Assembly: GCF_006345805.1 (NCBI RefSeq)
Contig: NC_042998.1
Location: forward strand, 158,844,001-158,908,000
Length of the DNA: 64,000 nt
DNA from: Octopus sinensis
Taxonomy: Eukaryota
Direction: 5' to 3'
Part shown: in pieces, positions 1 through 13,129 of the stretch
Position numbering within the stretch: position 1 is the first letter of the stretch
How the letters are laid out: each line of letters starts with the position of its first letter
Program-made: the position numbers and the translations under genes
Notes under the pieces: generated by a model
What the model saw: the letters and a program-made list of their open reading frames with translations, nothing else
What the model was told of the DNA's origin: nothing
Databases searched by the model: none

Positions 1-210
1 CAGGAGTCATGAAATGGTGTCATTGTTTTGACATATATAATTTCCTAATTCAAACTCAATGGAACATACATAGGAGAGAATTAAAATCAGCTTTTCAAGG
101 CAGGGAATCATTATTTACAACAATCCAAGAAGACTGAAGGACAATGCATCTCCGAATTCATTTTATTGAAAAGGTTTGTTGACAAGTATGATTAAAAGAA
201 CTTTAAAACA
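1..210 (+). mobile_element. Possible Tc1-like transposase C-terminal remnant
   Basis: Broken translation PNSNSMEHT*ERIKI...ESLFTTIQED resembles the Tc1 PDLNPIEHxW region; heavily decayed. Confidence 0.3.
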
Positions 211-545
211 AGATTAAATATATCCAAGATAATTGCATAAACCATAACATTTTCAATGTTCACTGTAAATAAACAAATTCAATTTTGCTTAAATATAATA
301 AATGATTTGATCTGAATATAATAAATGATTTGATTTATGAGCGTCTTTTCAGGAGAAAAAAACGTTTTGATAAAGAACGACAATTATTTTGTTCATGTAC
401 CGCCTATTTGTCAATAAAATGGACATATTCTTTAGCTTATTTTAATTGTCATTTGGCAATGTCATGTTGCAGCACACCATCACACACACACACACGCATA
501 TATATTCTTTTAGTCTTTTGATTGCACACACACACGCATATATAT

Positions 546-877
546 TCTTTTAGTCATTTGACTGCGGCCATGCTAGAGCACCGCCTTTAGTCGAACAAAT
601 CAACTCCACGACTTATTCTTTGTAAGCCTAGTACTTATTCTATCGGTTGTCAAGCGATGGTGGGGAAATAAACACAGACACACTAATGCATAAATACATG
701 CTTCCATACATGTATGAATATATATATATATATATATATATATACACGACGGGCTTCTTTCAGTTTCCGTCAATCAAATCCACTCACAAGGTTTTGGTCA
801 GCTCGAGGCTACAGTAGAAGACACAGTGGAACTGAACTCAGAACCATGTGGTTGGGAAGCAAGTTTCTTACTACACG
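546..877 (-). mobile_element. tRNA-derived SINE (octopus OK/OR-like family)
   Basis: Minus-strand head with A/B-box-like sequence (GTGTAGTAAGAAACTTGC...GAGTTCAGTTCC), internal microsatellite, CATGGCCGCAGTCAAATGACT tail; family recurs in the window. Confidence 0.75.
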
Positions 878-1045
878 ATCACAAGTGTGCCTATATATAT
901 ACATATAAATAGTTGAAATTTATAGAAAAACAAAAGACAAAGACAGGTGTATGAACAAGAAGGTGTATTAGTTTGGCGCTCGAAAAAATGAAAAAGTCTT
1001 ATAAATAAGCAAGCTTCCTACCACACAGTCACTCTTACGCCTATA

Positions 1046-1185
1046 GGTCAACTTTGCCTTTTATCATTTCGGGGTCGATAAATAAAAACCAGTTACGCAC
1101 TGGTGTTGATGTAATCGATTTAATCTCTTTGTCTGTCATTGTTTGTCCCCTCTATGTTTAGCCCCTTGTGGGAAATAAAGAAATA
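1046..1185 (+). mobile_element. Nin/Deu-domain SINE, 5'-truncated
   Basis: GGTCAACTTTGCCTTTTATCATTTCGGGGTCGATAAAT core and GCCCCTTGTGGGAAATAAAGAAATA tail. Confidence 0.7.
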
Positions 1186-1235
1186 TATATATATGTGTGT
1201 GTGTGTGTGCGTATGTATATACATACATATATCTA

Positions 1236-1320
<85 letters not shown>

Positions 1321-1410
1321 TATATAATAATAATAAATATTAGGGAATAAATCCAAATTTACAGGGAAAAAATCAGATTTAGGATTAAATCCAATTTTAT
1401 AGTAAAATAT

Positions 1411-1727
1411 TATATAATATTATTAGAGACAAAACCACTATTTTGCAAAACAAACAAGGAAAGACTTAATCAATACATAAAATTTTAATAAATAGTCAAA
1501 AAAACCGCCACTACAATCGTTTCTTGTCTTGATCGACAATCTTCAGGTGGACTTCCAATAAGTCAGTTTCAAATTATTTGAAACTGACTTATTGGAAGTC
1601 CACCTGAAGATTGTCGATCAAGACAAGAAACGATTGTAGTGGCGGTTTTTTTGACTATTTATTAAAATTTTATGTATTGATTAAGTCTTTCCTTGTTTGT
1701 TTTGCAAAATAGTGGTTTTGTCTCTAA

Positions 1728-1739
<12 letters not shown>
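1411..1739. repeat. Perfect 164-bp-arm palindrome, probably inverted PLE pseudo-LTRs
   Basis: 1411-1574 is the reverse complement of 1576-1739 around a single base at 1575; each arm has an HHR motif; (TA)n nearby on both sides. Confidence 0.9.
1600..1642 (+). ncRNA. Minimal type I hammerhead ribozyme (mirror copy 1508-1550 on -)
   Basis: ccac-CTGAAGA-ttgtc(gatcaa)gacaa-GAAA-cgattg-TA-gtgg: intact core, stems I and II, near-palindromic minimal stem III typical of PLE HHRs. Confidence 0.75.
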
Positions 1740-1775
<36 letters not shown>

Positions 1776-2103
1776 ATATACATACATACATACATATATA
1801 TATACATATATATGCACATATATATATATACACACACACACACACATACACATATATACATACATATATATAATAGAAATATGTTTCATAAAGAAAATAG
1901 AAACTACACGTGGAAAAGATATGGGGAAAGTAAGAAGAAAAAAGCGAAAATGCTTATTGGATATCAAAAAAATAAAGGCTTTTTTATGAAAAGTAACGAA
2001 AAATATATGCAATTAGATGAAGTGAGGTAGAATTAAGAGGAATGAAAGACATTATTATGAATTGTTAAAGGAATTCAAAGTCAAACCGGTATCGTCAGTT
2101 GCT

Positions 2104-2568
2104 GTATCCACGAGATACCACCATGCTGAAAATAGCAGCCATGATCTGACTCTAAAAACACCTTAATTGTCCATAAATCAACACGGAGAGAAAACAAAGA
2201 GACAAGATGAAACTAGTAAAAAATTACTGGATAATTCTAGATCCCGGATTTCTGACTTTGCATTTAGGAATGCTTTGCCTCGTCAGTAGAATACACACGG
2301 AGAATATATACGTTCGTATATGTAAGTATAAGTATGTTGTATTTATATATATATGTATTTATGTTTCTCTTCTGTCTGTATTCTACTGACGAGGCAAAGC
2401 ATTCTTAAATGCAAAGCTAGAAATCCGGGATCTAGAATTATCCAGTAATTGTTTACTAGTTTCATCTTGTCTCTTTGTTTTCTCTCCGTGTTGATTTATG
2501 GACAATTAAGGTGGTTTTAGAGTCAGATCATGGCTGCTATTTTCAGCATGGTGGTATCTCGTAGATAC
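2104..2568. repeat. Inverted repeat, ~190-bp arms and ~80-bp spacer (inverted PLE pseudo-LTRs)
   Basis: 2104-2295 vs 2377-2568 reverse complementary with few mismatches. Confidence 0.85.
2381..2437 (+). ncRNA. Type I hammerhead ribozyme (mirror copy ~2234-2291 on -)
   Basis: ttcta-CTGACGA-extended stem II (ggc..gcatt/aatgc..gct)-GAAA-tccggga-TC-tagaa. Confidence 0.65.
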
Positions 2569-3043
2569 CCTAATTTATAATTTTAATAATTTTCCATACT
2601 GACCACTTAATAAAATCGTTATTTTATTTTTAAATTAACGATCTTATCCTTATATATATATATATATATAATATATATATATATAATATATATATGTTTT
2701 GTAATTTTAATTTTGTTTGTGAAATGAAACAATTGTTTAGGGAGTATGTTCATTTATAAGTAAATTAATTTATATCCATAAGATCTCTGATTTCTTACTA
2801 GAATAATACTGTTTCATATTTTATGATATTTTATATAATATATTCATTGAAGAAATATCTCTTTAGAATAACCACTAAGGTCGATTCCTAATATGCTAGA
2901 AGAAGACGCTAAATCGTCTTACCACGAAGAATGTGTTCCCCCAAAATTTTAGCAAATGGCAGAATATAAAACGGGTAAGACAAATGAAAAGATACAAAAT
3001 TTGGCAATAAACTACATACCAAGCTTTCGCTGTTAACATTTAC

Positions 3044-3113
3044 GAAGATATTTGAAATATAGCCTCAAATATAATTTGCCAATTATATTTGAGGCTATAT
3101 TTCAAATATCTTC
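3044..3113. repeat. Perfect 33-bp hairpin with 4-nt loop
   Basis: GAAGATATTTGAAATATAGCCTCAAATATAATT-tgcc-reverse complement. Confidence 0.9.
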
Positions 3114-3329
3114 ATTTTGGCACTCTGAACCCGGAAAGAACTCTGCAGTAAATAAATTCTAAGTATTAGAATTATTGTTTATTTAACTTGTGTTGGAATA
3201 TATTAATAATTCTTTTCTGTGAATTTCCTTTCAATTTCACTTGGACTGTGTAGTTTGTAGAATGGAAATATAAATATTTTCCAACTGCATGTTGCTAGAT
3301 GGTTACTCAAAGGTATCTGACGGACATAC

Positions 3330-3450
3330 TATGCTTACAAGGAATAAGTTCTAGGGTCATTTTGTTCAACTAAAACCCTGTAAAGCGGTGTTCCAACATG
3401 GCTGCAGGCAAATGACTGAAACAAGTAAAGGGATAAATGAAGAAAAGAAT
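3330..3450 (+). mobile_element. OK-type SINE 3' fragment
   Basis: CATGGCTGCAGGCAAATGACTGAAACAAGTAAA tail shared with other copies. Confidence 0.55.
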
Positions 3451-3475
3451 ACATGTATGTGTGTGTATATGTGTA

Positions 3476-3490
3476 TAGATAGATAGATAA

Positions 3491-3584
<94 letters not shown>
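3476..3584. repeat. (AGAT)n microsatellite; another at ~6200-6390
   Basis: Direct reading. Confidence 0.95.
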
Positions 3585-3639
3585 GGAGATTAATTTTCCT
3601 TTTTCATTGGGTATTAACTTTTGTAGTTTTCGCTGGATA

Positions 3640-4050
3640 TATTTATAGAGAACCCTCTTTTCATCATTTGTGATGATTCTACCTGAGAAAGGTTTGGTAG
3701 CAAGTCTACTTTTTTATGTCAAACAGAAGGCAACTCCTTGATTGAATTGAGAAGTAGTCGGATGATGAGAGACCCACTGACCAAGTTAAGACATTTTCCT
3801 AGTGCATGAAGGTGTTTTATGATCGAAACGCGACTTCAGTTGAACCGTTTTACTAATTCTCGTGCAGTTTGCTTAGGATTTTCTTGAATTACGGATTTCA
3901 AAAATTCAATGTAGGAAGAAATTGGTCGTCCAGATCAAAAGGAATCTGCGGGAGAAAAGCTTATTATGTGGAACTGGTAAAACCATCGTTTTCACGTCCA
4001 GACACTTAAAGTTTCATTTCCACAGATTGAACGAACATTTCTTGTTTCAG
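3640..4050 (-). mobile_element. Degenerate mariner transposase fragment
   Basis: Broken minus-strand translation HLHALGK..GQWVSHH...KPFSGRIITNDE matches mariner WVPHEL and RIVTGDE motifs. Confidence 0.65.
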
Positions 4051-4439
4051 CCATTGCTGAAGAACACTTTTTAGATTTATACAGCATGCAGTGTCTATTA
4101 CAGGTCTGATCTGAACTCATTTTAAAAGGATAGAACCGATACTAATTTAACCACTATGATATAAAAGAATTTCAAAGAAGGGAGAAAAACAGCAGAATGT
4201 AAAAATCAATGCCTTCTGTATCGTAAGCATTGTAAAATACCCCAAAAATGCGAAAGGACGTTCTTTCCAACCTAATATACGAGATCCCAGCAGTATTGTT
4301 GGGATCCCGTATATGCCAATATGAACTGGCAGATGCCGATTATATTATACAGAACTGGCAATAAGTTAACATCGGTGCTATATTAAAAAAAAAACAGATG
4401 GGAACGGATGCGGGAACTATTGAGGTTTTTTTTTACACT

Positions 4440-5630
4440 CTAAAGTCGGGAAGTTCCTTGTGAGAGTGACGCTCAGCAGATTAAGTAGGAAAACCACAAT
4501 AATATTATCTAGAACTCAGCGTGAATTCAAAAAGGAAAAATATTCAAGAGAAATGTGTGATATACTTTATATCTACTGATCGGACCAGGTATTTATAAGG
4601 CTTGGATGCTCTGAAACTTAATTCGTATAATCGAGTTTCTACTCACTAGCACGAAAGCTCAAGTTATGCAGCTCTAAACAGTTTACTGTTACTGTGGAAG
4701 TTAAGCAGAATTGAGTGTCAGATCCTTATTCTATGTGCCAGAGATGCTTGAGGAAGTATTCTGGACCTCATCAACACGACTGAAGGTGTATATGTACAGA
4801 CAAAATTAATAGTAATCTGTATAAGGTATCGCACCTCAAATCTAAAGCCAAGGCTACATATATACAAGTTAGAGACATGTTGTTCACTGATGAATATATC
4901 CTTGTCTTCCACAGTTCAGAGGAGATCCGGAGCTTAATGAGTACTTTTAACGATGTGACTATTAAGCGCGGCTTGAACATTAAAAATCCAGAAAACTAAA
5001 GATCTGTAAAGGCCAAGATCTAACGCAATCTAAGTGACAAACTCTGAACTCATGATGATGCAAGGGCAGAAGAAAGAAGAGGCAGACCAGTTTACCTATT
5101 TGGGAAATACGATTAGTAAGTATGGTAGGCTCAGCGAGGAAATAGGTTACTGGAGAAGTAAAGTTAAGTCGTTATTTCGGAAATTTGACCGTAGAACAGC
5201 ACGTGATAGCCCACGAGCAGAGTATTATATACTTTTTGAACGTTTCTGAGACATGGACCATAAACAAGTAAAAGAAAACCTTGTTTGCATTCATGCTGAG
5301 ACACGTGAAGCAAATCATGAACACTACTTGGAAAAAGAAGATTAGGATCATCATCAGCCAAGAGTAAAGTAAACTTCCTAGCGTGGAAAAGATACAGGCT
5401 CAGTAAAACTTCCGATGAAATAGAGTGTCCAAGCAACGGTGAAAAAATCGGTTATGGAGATAAACATTCGATTTACAGTTGACTAACTATACAAGAAATC
5501 GGAACAGATCCCTACGGAGATACAAGATCGTGTTTAAATACACACAGACGCATTAGATATTGATAATCACCGCTGGGAAGAGAACGACCTATTTTTGACG
5601 GTACGACGTGAGTACTATCAACTCAGCTTA
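4440..5630 (+). mobile_element. Degenerate RTE-type LINE RT fragment
   Basis: EEADQFTYLGNTISKYGRLSEEI and SETWT motifs of the RTE RT C-terminal region; many stops and frameshifts. Confidence 0.6.
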
Positions 5631-6074
5631 TGGTGATAATTGTTTGTGTGCGTATGCGTGCATTGTGTTGTGTGTGTGTGTGTGTGTGTGTGTGTTTAAT
5701 GTATTTTATGGTAACTGAAATCTTAATACCATCTGGTTTCAGGCATCATATCCACAGGGATAAACGGTGTGAAATTGAGTGTAACTAAGGACGTCAACTT
5801 CACAACGAACACAGGAATAAATTAGGTATAGAAAATCATATGTAGTCCTGTAGTAAAAACGATTACTATATGACTTTGGAGTAACGAATATAACGACGAA
5901 ATGTGTATGCGGCTGTAAAATGTATTCTAGCTATTCGATACTTCTTGATTTCTCTTGGTAGCATAAAAATTAATTCAATATTATAGCCTCTAACCTGTTC
6001 CTTCGTCAAAGTTGATAATAAAGATATGCATTTCTCATATGAATTTGTGTAACGTTTATGTGACGATATGCATT

Positions 6075-6110
<36 letters not shown>

Positions 6111-6252
6111 TATATATATGCATATATATATATACATACATACACACATATATATATACACACATATATACATATATACACATAACGTACACATATACAG
6201 ATAGATTGATAGATAGTTAGATAGATAGATTGATATTTAGATATGTAGATAA

Positions 6253-6283
<31 letters not shown>

Positions 6284-6304
6284 TATAGATAGATAGATAG
6301 ATAT

Positions 6305-6391
<87 letters not shown>

Positions 6392-7285
6392 TATGTGTGA
6401 GTGAGAGTATGTTTCCGTATTGTATGTTTGGCTATTCTTATGAATATATTATATAGTCGTACTTCATTGCCTTTGTTTGGTTCAATTCAACATTGTTAAC
6501 CAATGTTTACCTCACTTCGAAACAGATTTAGTATTGATTAATTAATGTTTCGTGCTCATCACATTAAGAGTTTTATTACTTAATTTACTATTTATTTCCC
6601 ATGTAGATAACATCGCAAAGTTATTTCCCCCAGGCTTTATACCGTGTTGTTATACTAGCATTTGTACATATTCTGTATAAGCATTTCTTCCACCCTGTCG
6701 GATTAAAGAATATGAGAATATGTGAATATTTATGCTTTGCTTAGAAGGTCTGATAAGATCGAAACATGTGTATTGTTGTGGTCCCCCTCCCCACTGTCTG
6801 CCAAATAACCAGCTATTCTTCCTCTCCCAATATTACGTCTTTCTAATTTTAATTAATTGAGACACTGGTGTGTCAGCCCATTAAAATAATTTTTGATTGC
6901 TTTTGCGTGGTTGAGCTCAGCATTGTTCAATAATGATTACTTTTCCTCCATATGGCTATATTAATTAAAGTTATTGTGTTCTTCCTCACATTAAGTCTAA
7001 CACTGCTTATTTCAGTGTGTTTGTATGTGTTTGGACAACGCAGTATAATTCAGAAGAACTGGAGTAAATTTACAAGTATAAAACCTCACTGTAGCTTAAA
7101 ATATTCAACAGTGAATTGCCCGAAGAAATAGTAATTTGTGAAAATGTGAACCTACATGTTATTACTTGTTAAGTTGTGGAAGTGTACTCGTATTTTAAAT
7201 AAACAAGTAATGGGAATACATGTAGTGGTACTCTTAAATATTCAATAGTTTTATTTTTGTTTACTAAAGGCGTGCGCGCGTGTGT

Positions 7286-8496
7286 ATACTTGCTGAATAG
7301 CCCGTCGTTGCCGAGCAATTTTCAGAATAGAATGTCATATCAATTTTTGTGTATTCTTTGTTAGACTAAGCTTTCCCCGACAGATAAGTCTCTTGATCAG
7401 GAAAGATTTGTGTAATTTTTTGCAAAAGGACTTCTTTGAGGATATTCTTTCTTTTTGAAATTATTTACATGTCTGTTCGATCGTTTCACTTAACATTATT
7501 CATTAAGATTCATTAAAACTTCAGAAGCTCTTACAACTTTGGTCATCGTAATGCTTTGCTTTCGTTTTGTTTAATAGACAATCCTCCTCGTAACAATTTT
7601 GCTTTCATTTTGTGATAGACAGCTATCATGTAGAAAATGCCAGCTTCCAAATCCTGTTTTCTGATTAGGTAACATTGATTAAACTTAAAACCTCAGTAAT
7701 ATTTTCTGCAATTTTTCTCCAACAAATAAATAACAAACTCAGAAATTATTTTAATATACCAAATTTGAAAACTTTGACGTAATATCAAAATTTCACACTA
7801 TGTTGCAGCTGCAGGGAAGACACTACGAAAGTAGAGAGACAGTCTGTTATAGGACGTCACACAAACACAAACTTATAAATGTACATATAGTTAATCACGA
7901 GTTTAAAATAGTGTATAGTAGATATAAGTATGTACGAACTTATGTATATACATGTATGTATATGTATGTCTCTGTATGAGTGTTTCATTGTGATGGACAG
8001 AGGAAAAGCCACCTACCCCTTCTCTCCAGAGAGCTACGTATCTCTCACACTCATTTTTCTTTCCCATCCTCGGCGTTTTAAAAGCTTCTTATGTGTATGT
8101 GCTAGTGTGTGTATACGTGTCTATGTATTTACTAAAGTATGTATGCAACATCACGTGTATATCTATGAATGACAGCTGTATTAATGTTAACATCCCACTG
8201 CCACTCCATATTTGTCAATTACACAATGCTGATCTCCCCTTCCTTGATATCAGCCACACTCACTATGCCACGCTAACACTCACACTAACACTCTTTTTAG
8301 CCTTCTCATTTTATCAAATAATATCCCAACTCTCCTAGGGGCCCCGTTATAGATTTTTATTGAAATCCAATTCGCCTATAATTGAACTGGATGTTGGTCT
8401 AGCATATATGCAAAGTTTCGTCAAGGTTGGTTCACTGGTGTAGGCAGCAAGATGGTAACAGTCAGATCGACAGACAAAAATTTCCATTTATATATG

Positions 8497-8498
<2 letters not shown>
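7286..8498 (+). mobile_element. Degenerate Helitron/Helentron-type non-autonomous element
   Basis: Starts TACTTGCTGAATAGCCCGTCGTTGCCGAG (cf. 59511), ends GCAAAGTTTCGTCAAGG...GACAGAC...TTTATATATGAT. Confidence 0.4.
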
Positions 8499-8558
<60 letters not shown>

Positions 8559-8560
<2 letters not shown>

Positions 8561-8855
8561 AAGCGCAATGGCCCAGTGTTTAGGGCGGACTCACGGTTGT
8601 AGGATCGCGGTTTCGATTCCCAGACCGGGCGTTGTGAGTGTTTATTGAGCGAAAACATCTAAAGCTCCACGAGTGCCCGGCAGGGGATGGTGGCGATCCC
8701 TGCTGTACTCTTTCGCCACAACTTTTTCTCACTCTTTCTTCTGTTGGCCTGCTCTCTTAGCCAGCGGGGTGGCGTCATTGAAGGCTAAAACAATGCGAAG
8801 CGCATTGTGACCAGCGATGTGTAGCATCATCTGATAGCCTGGTCGGTCACGTCAT
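8559..8855 (+). mobile_element. tRNA-derived SINE, second family
   Basis: A-box-like TGGCCCAGTGTT, B-box-like GTTTCGATTCC, microsatellite tail; related head at 24340-24475 (-). Confidence 0.7.
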
Positions 8856-8856
8856 A

Positions 8857-8892
<36 letters not shown>

Positions 8893-8906
8893 TGTATGCA
8901 TGTATG

Positions 8907-10170
8907 TATTTGTATAAATAATGCATTATTTTTTATACTGTTAATTTTCAAAATTAAGGTAAACAAAGTTCCTTTTTAAATCTAAAATATACTCTCCTTC
9001 ATTTTCTACAATGCTCTTCCATCTATCTGGTAGACTTGCAAGGCCCCTCTTCCAAAATTCATTTGTTCGTAATAAAAAATACTCCTCCAGTACTCTTCTG
9101 ACCTCGTCTACAGAATTCATATTTTTCCGTTCAAATGATTTTGGAGACTGCGGAATAAATAATAATCAGATGGGGCAATGTCCGGCGAATATGTCGGGTG
9201 GGGCATCGTTTCCCATTCAGACTGCTCCAGCCTCAGGAATGTTATCCTCGCTATATGTGGCCAAACATTATCCAGATGGAAGAACACGTTTCGTCATGAA
9301 ACCAAAGGTGGTCGTTTTTCTTCTAGAGCTGACTTAAGCCACTCAAACTACCTGCTGTAGATCTCGTTTGTTATCATTTGGTTGGGGTTTAAAAGTTCAA
9401 AGTGAACTAAACCTTTCATATCCCACCAAACAAATAACAAAACCTTACATGGGTGAAGACCTTCCTTAGCCTGCAATGCCGGTGTTTCTCTTTTCCCTAC
9501 CCACAGTCTTCGACATTTTCATAGAGAACCCATTTCTCGTCACCAGTGACTATTCGGTCCAAAAAAGGTTCATTCGTGAGATGTAACAGGAAAGAAGAGC
9601 ACACATTCACTCTCTGCTCGCTGCGATTAGACTCGGAAAGTTGTGAGGATCCATTGACCCAATTTGCTGACTTTTCCGATGACAGGCAGGTATCGATGAA
9701 TGACTGAATGACCAAATCCAAGCTTCTCTGCTAGTTCCTCAACAGCTACTATGGGATTTTGTTCTACCAAGGTTTGCAAGACGTCCTCATCGAGCTCTAC
9801 AGTTCTTCCAGGACGAGGCTCGTATTCTAGGCTGTAGTTTCCGGTTCGGAATTTCTGAAACCACCGTTGACATTGGCTTACGCTTATTGTCCGATACTCG
9901 CATACCGCATTAATAAGCCTCGCACTTTCCGTTGTGTCGGTACCTTCAATGAACTCAAAGTAAAATATGCCGAATATACTCCTTTGTTACTTCCATTAAA
10001 GCTTTGAAAAAAATAACTACTGAAATCAAACTGCACTCTTCAAAACTTGCACTAAGATTAAGTCCAAGGTAAAATTACAACGTGCTTTTATAGCTAGTTG
10101 ATGCAGGTAGTTTAACCCGTCTCCCTCCGACTTTTCATGCAACTGAAAAAACCGCATTATTTATGGGATA
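8907..10170 (-). mobile_element. Near full-length mariner transposon with pseudogenised transposase
   Basis: FLDRIVTGDEKWVLYEN on -; imperfect TIRs ATAAATAATGC.. (~8914) and ..GCATTATTTATGGGATA (~10170); ~1.26 kb. Confidence 0.85.
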
Positions 10171-10200
10171 TATATGTATACTATATATATATACGTGTGT

Positions 10201-10273
<73 letters not shown>

Positions 10274-10859
10274 TGTATGTGTGTGTGTGTTGTGGTTGTG
10301 CGTACGTGCTCACACGTCGATATTTGACTGTTGTCCAAAAACAATTGTGCAATCTTTCAACTAATCTCAGATATAGTTGGCATACATCTCCAAATTCATC
10401 CAGGAATAAACACACACAAGCACACGCCCACACAAGCACACACACCCACACACAAGCAGACACACAGAGTGAGGTACTGAAGTGTTCTACAAATTTTCAC
10501 CATGACAAGAACTGTTGATAAACGTAATTGTACTTTAACAGTCTTTTGGTTTCTATGCTTTTAATCTATCATATTGTGTTTCTAACGTTACTTCTCAATG
10601 AAGAATTACTTACAAAGACTTGCTAGAACTTTAAGTTCAGTTTCTGCGTATTCGGTAGATAGGACAAGGTATTTTTCCATTCACGAGATGAGCTATAGGT
10701 ATGATAACGAAAGCGTTAATGAGCAGTTATGTTGTATGTATTAAGAAAGGTATTATGCTTCTATATTGTCAACTATTCCTTCCTTCACTGCTTCAAATTT
10801 ACATATAAAATGACTAAATAGTACCCCTGCCGTAACGCTTTACTTCCACACACGCCAAC

Positions 10860-11206
10860 TTAATTTAATTCGTCCTTAGTCGAAAGACACCTGTTGTTAT
10901 GTCCTGTTCTTTGTATTTGTGTAACATTCTCCGTTTTTTTTTCAGTCCTTGTTTTCGTATATATTCGCTGCTTTCTTCAAAGGAATCTAATGCTCTTAGC
11001 TTAGTTTTCCCTTGGGGCTGGCCAGATTGGAGCAATCTCGAGTATAACCAGCCGAAATTGCAAAGATAATCTGGAACTCGACTGAGGAAAGAAAACTCCG
11101 AATGACCCGTCCTTGTTTTCTTTGTATCTTCTATCTGGATGCTTTGTTGTGCCCTTTTTTTGTATCACCTAACTGTCTGGATGTTTTGCGTTCTTGTACC
11201 ATTTTG

Positions 11207-11208
<2 letters not shown>
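10860..11208 (+). mobile_element. Putative PLE pseudo-LTR / 3' repeat
   Basis: T-rich repeat ending at (TA)n with the GAAA...CTGAGGA motif architecture seen at 21.3, 35.1, 60.1 and 62.7 kb. Confidence 0.4.
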
Positions 11209-11247
<39 letters not shown>

Positions 11248-11254
11248 TATATAT

Positions 11255-11319
<65 letters not shown>

Positions 11320-11322
<3 letters not shown>

Positions 11323-12180
11323 GGGTGCGGTGAATTAACGGTCGTCTAAATTACGCAAAAATGGAAATAACACTGACACCTCGTTTTAACAGATATATTG
11401 AACAAAATTACATAGAAATATCTTGAAATACTAAAAAGTAAATTTCTTCAATAAAATCGCCATTGATTTCAAACACGGCCTCCAGACGATTTCGGAATCT
11501 CCTAGACGGTGTCCTTGTTTATGTTGGTGAATGCGGCCATAATCCTTGCCTTCAGTTCATCTTTGGTGTTCCAAGGAGTTTTGTTGGTCTGTAGCTCAAC
11601 TGCCCCCTCCCACACACACAATAATCAAGCGGGTTGCAATCTGATGACCAGATATTAGGAGTGGTATGATCGCATAAATTGTCTAACAGACATGATTGCT
11701 TGTGTGGCATGGTGTAGAGTCTTGTTGCCAGACATAGGGTCTTTCAGCAGTCACCCTCTTGACCCAAGGCAGCACCACCTCCTCCGGGCACTTGATGTAG
11801 GCCTCCGTGTTGTGTCTGAGGCCGTGTGGGAAGATGAATGAAGGCATAACGTCGTCATGACTAGTGATCACTCCTTGATGTTGATTAGATGATTATTATC
11901 ACTCTCATTACATGTCTTCAGATTGTTCTGTTCTCAGATTGCACTGTCCTCAGACTGACACATGTTCCTATTGAAGTTTCCGGCGTGAATACCAGGCAGT
12001 ATAGCATGTCGTTTCCAAATTTCTAGCTAAGTGAATTGCGTCAAGGTGCTGTTTTTTTTCTCACAGACGGTGCTCAACTGACCATACTATACTGTATAAT
12101 CAACAAAATCAATAAAAAACAATACGCATGCGTGAAATTAAAAATATAAAATGGCGACAATTTACCCAACGCATACCTCA
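11320..12180 (-). mobile_element. Tc1/mariner-superfamily (maT/DD37D-like) transposon, internally deleted
   Basis: VLPWVKRVTAERPYVWQQDSTPCHTS and SDCNPLDY motifs; degenerate TIRs. Confidence 0.75.
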
Positions 12181-12229
12181 GCCTTTGGGCTAAAACATAT
12201 CAAGGAATAAAAGAATACACATATATTCT

Positions 12230-12577
12230 ATCTTTTAGTTTTTACTTGTTTCAGTCATTAGACTGCGACAATGCTGGGGCACCACCATGAAGATATTTTA
12301 GTCCAATGAATTAATCCCAGGACTTATTTTTTGTATCCGTCTCTTTTGCCGCACCGCTAATTTACGGGGACGTAAATTCACCAACATCGGTTGTCAAACA
12401 GTGGGAGGTGGGGGAAAACAGAGACAGACTCACACATTTCTGTATATACATATATGCGACAGGTTTCTTTGAGTTTCCACCAATCAAATTCACTCGGAAG
12501 GTGCTACGCAGTGGGCCTGAAACCAGAACCATATGGCTGGGAAGCAAACTTCTTACCACACAGCCATGCCTGCGCCT
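12230..12577 (-). mobile_element. OK-type tRNA SINE
   Basis: Head GGCTGTGTGGTAAGAAGTTTGC through tail. Confidence 0.75.
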
Positions 12578-12586
12578 ATATATATA

Positions 12587-12720
<134 letters not shown>

Positions 12721-12721
12721 T

Positions 12722-12775
<54 letters not shown>

Positions 12776-13129
12776 ATATACTCCTACGTTAGTGCCAAAC
12801 AGCTGCGACAGGTAATCTTCGTTGAGAAAAAATTCGTTATTATTCCAACTTACAATCAAACTGATGCATTAAATAGGAGTCCGACCAAACTAGTGAATTC
12901 TTCTGAGAAAACCATACACACCATGGACTGACGCAATAACAATAAAACTGAGATGAACATGCCACCATTATATGAACAAGCTGTTACTGATTATAAACAA
13001 GAAGCAGTAGTGAGTTAAGAACATAAACAACTGAAAGTACAGTTAGCAAGAAAATTCAAACAAAACTTCACCATTTACATTAATAAACAATTACAGGTGA
13101 GAACAGTTACCGCATAACTTGAAAGAAAA

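Noticed and set aside
484-566. ~40-bp tandem duplication at the SINE end; similar 39-bp duplication at ~41070-41150
   Set aside because: Ordinary slippage-type local duplications
8559-8635. tRNA gene
   Set aside because: No complete cloverleaf; continues into a SINE body
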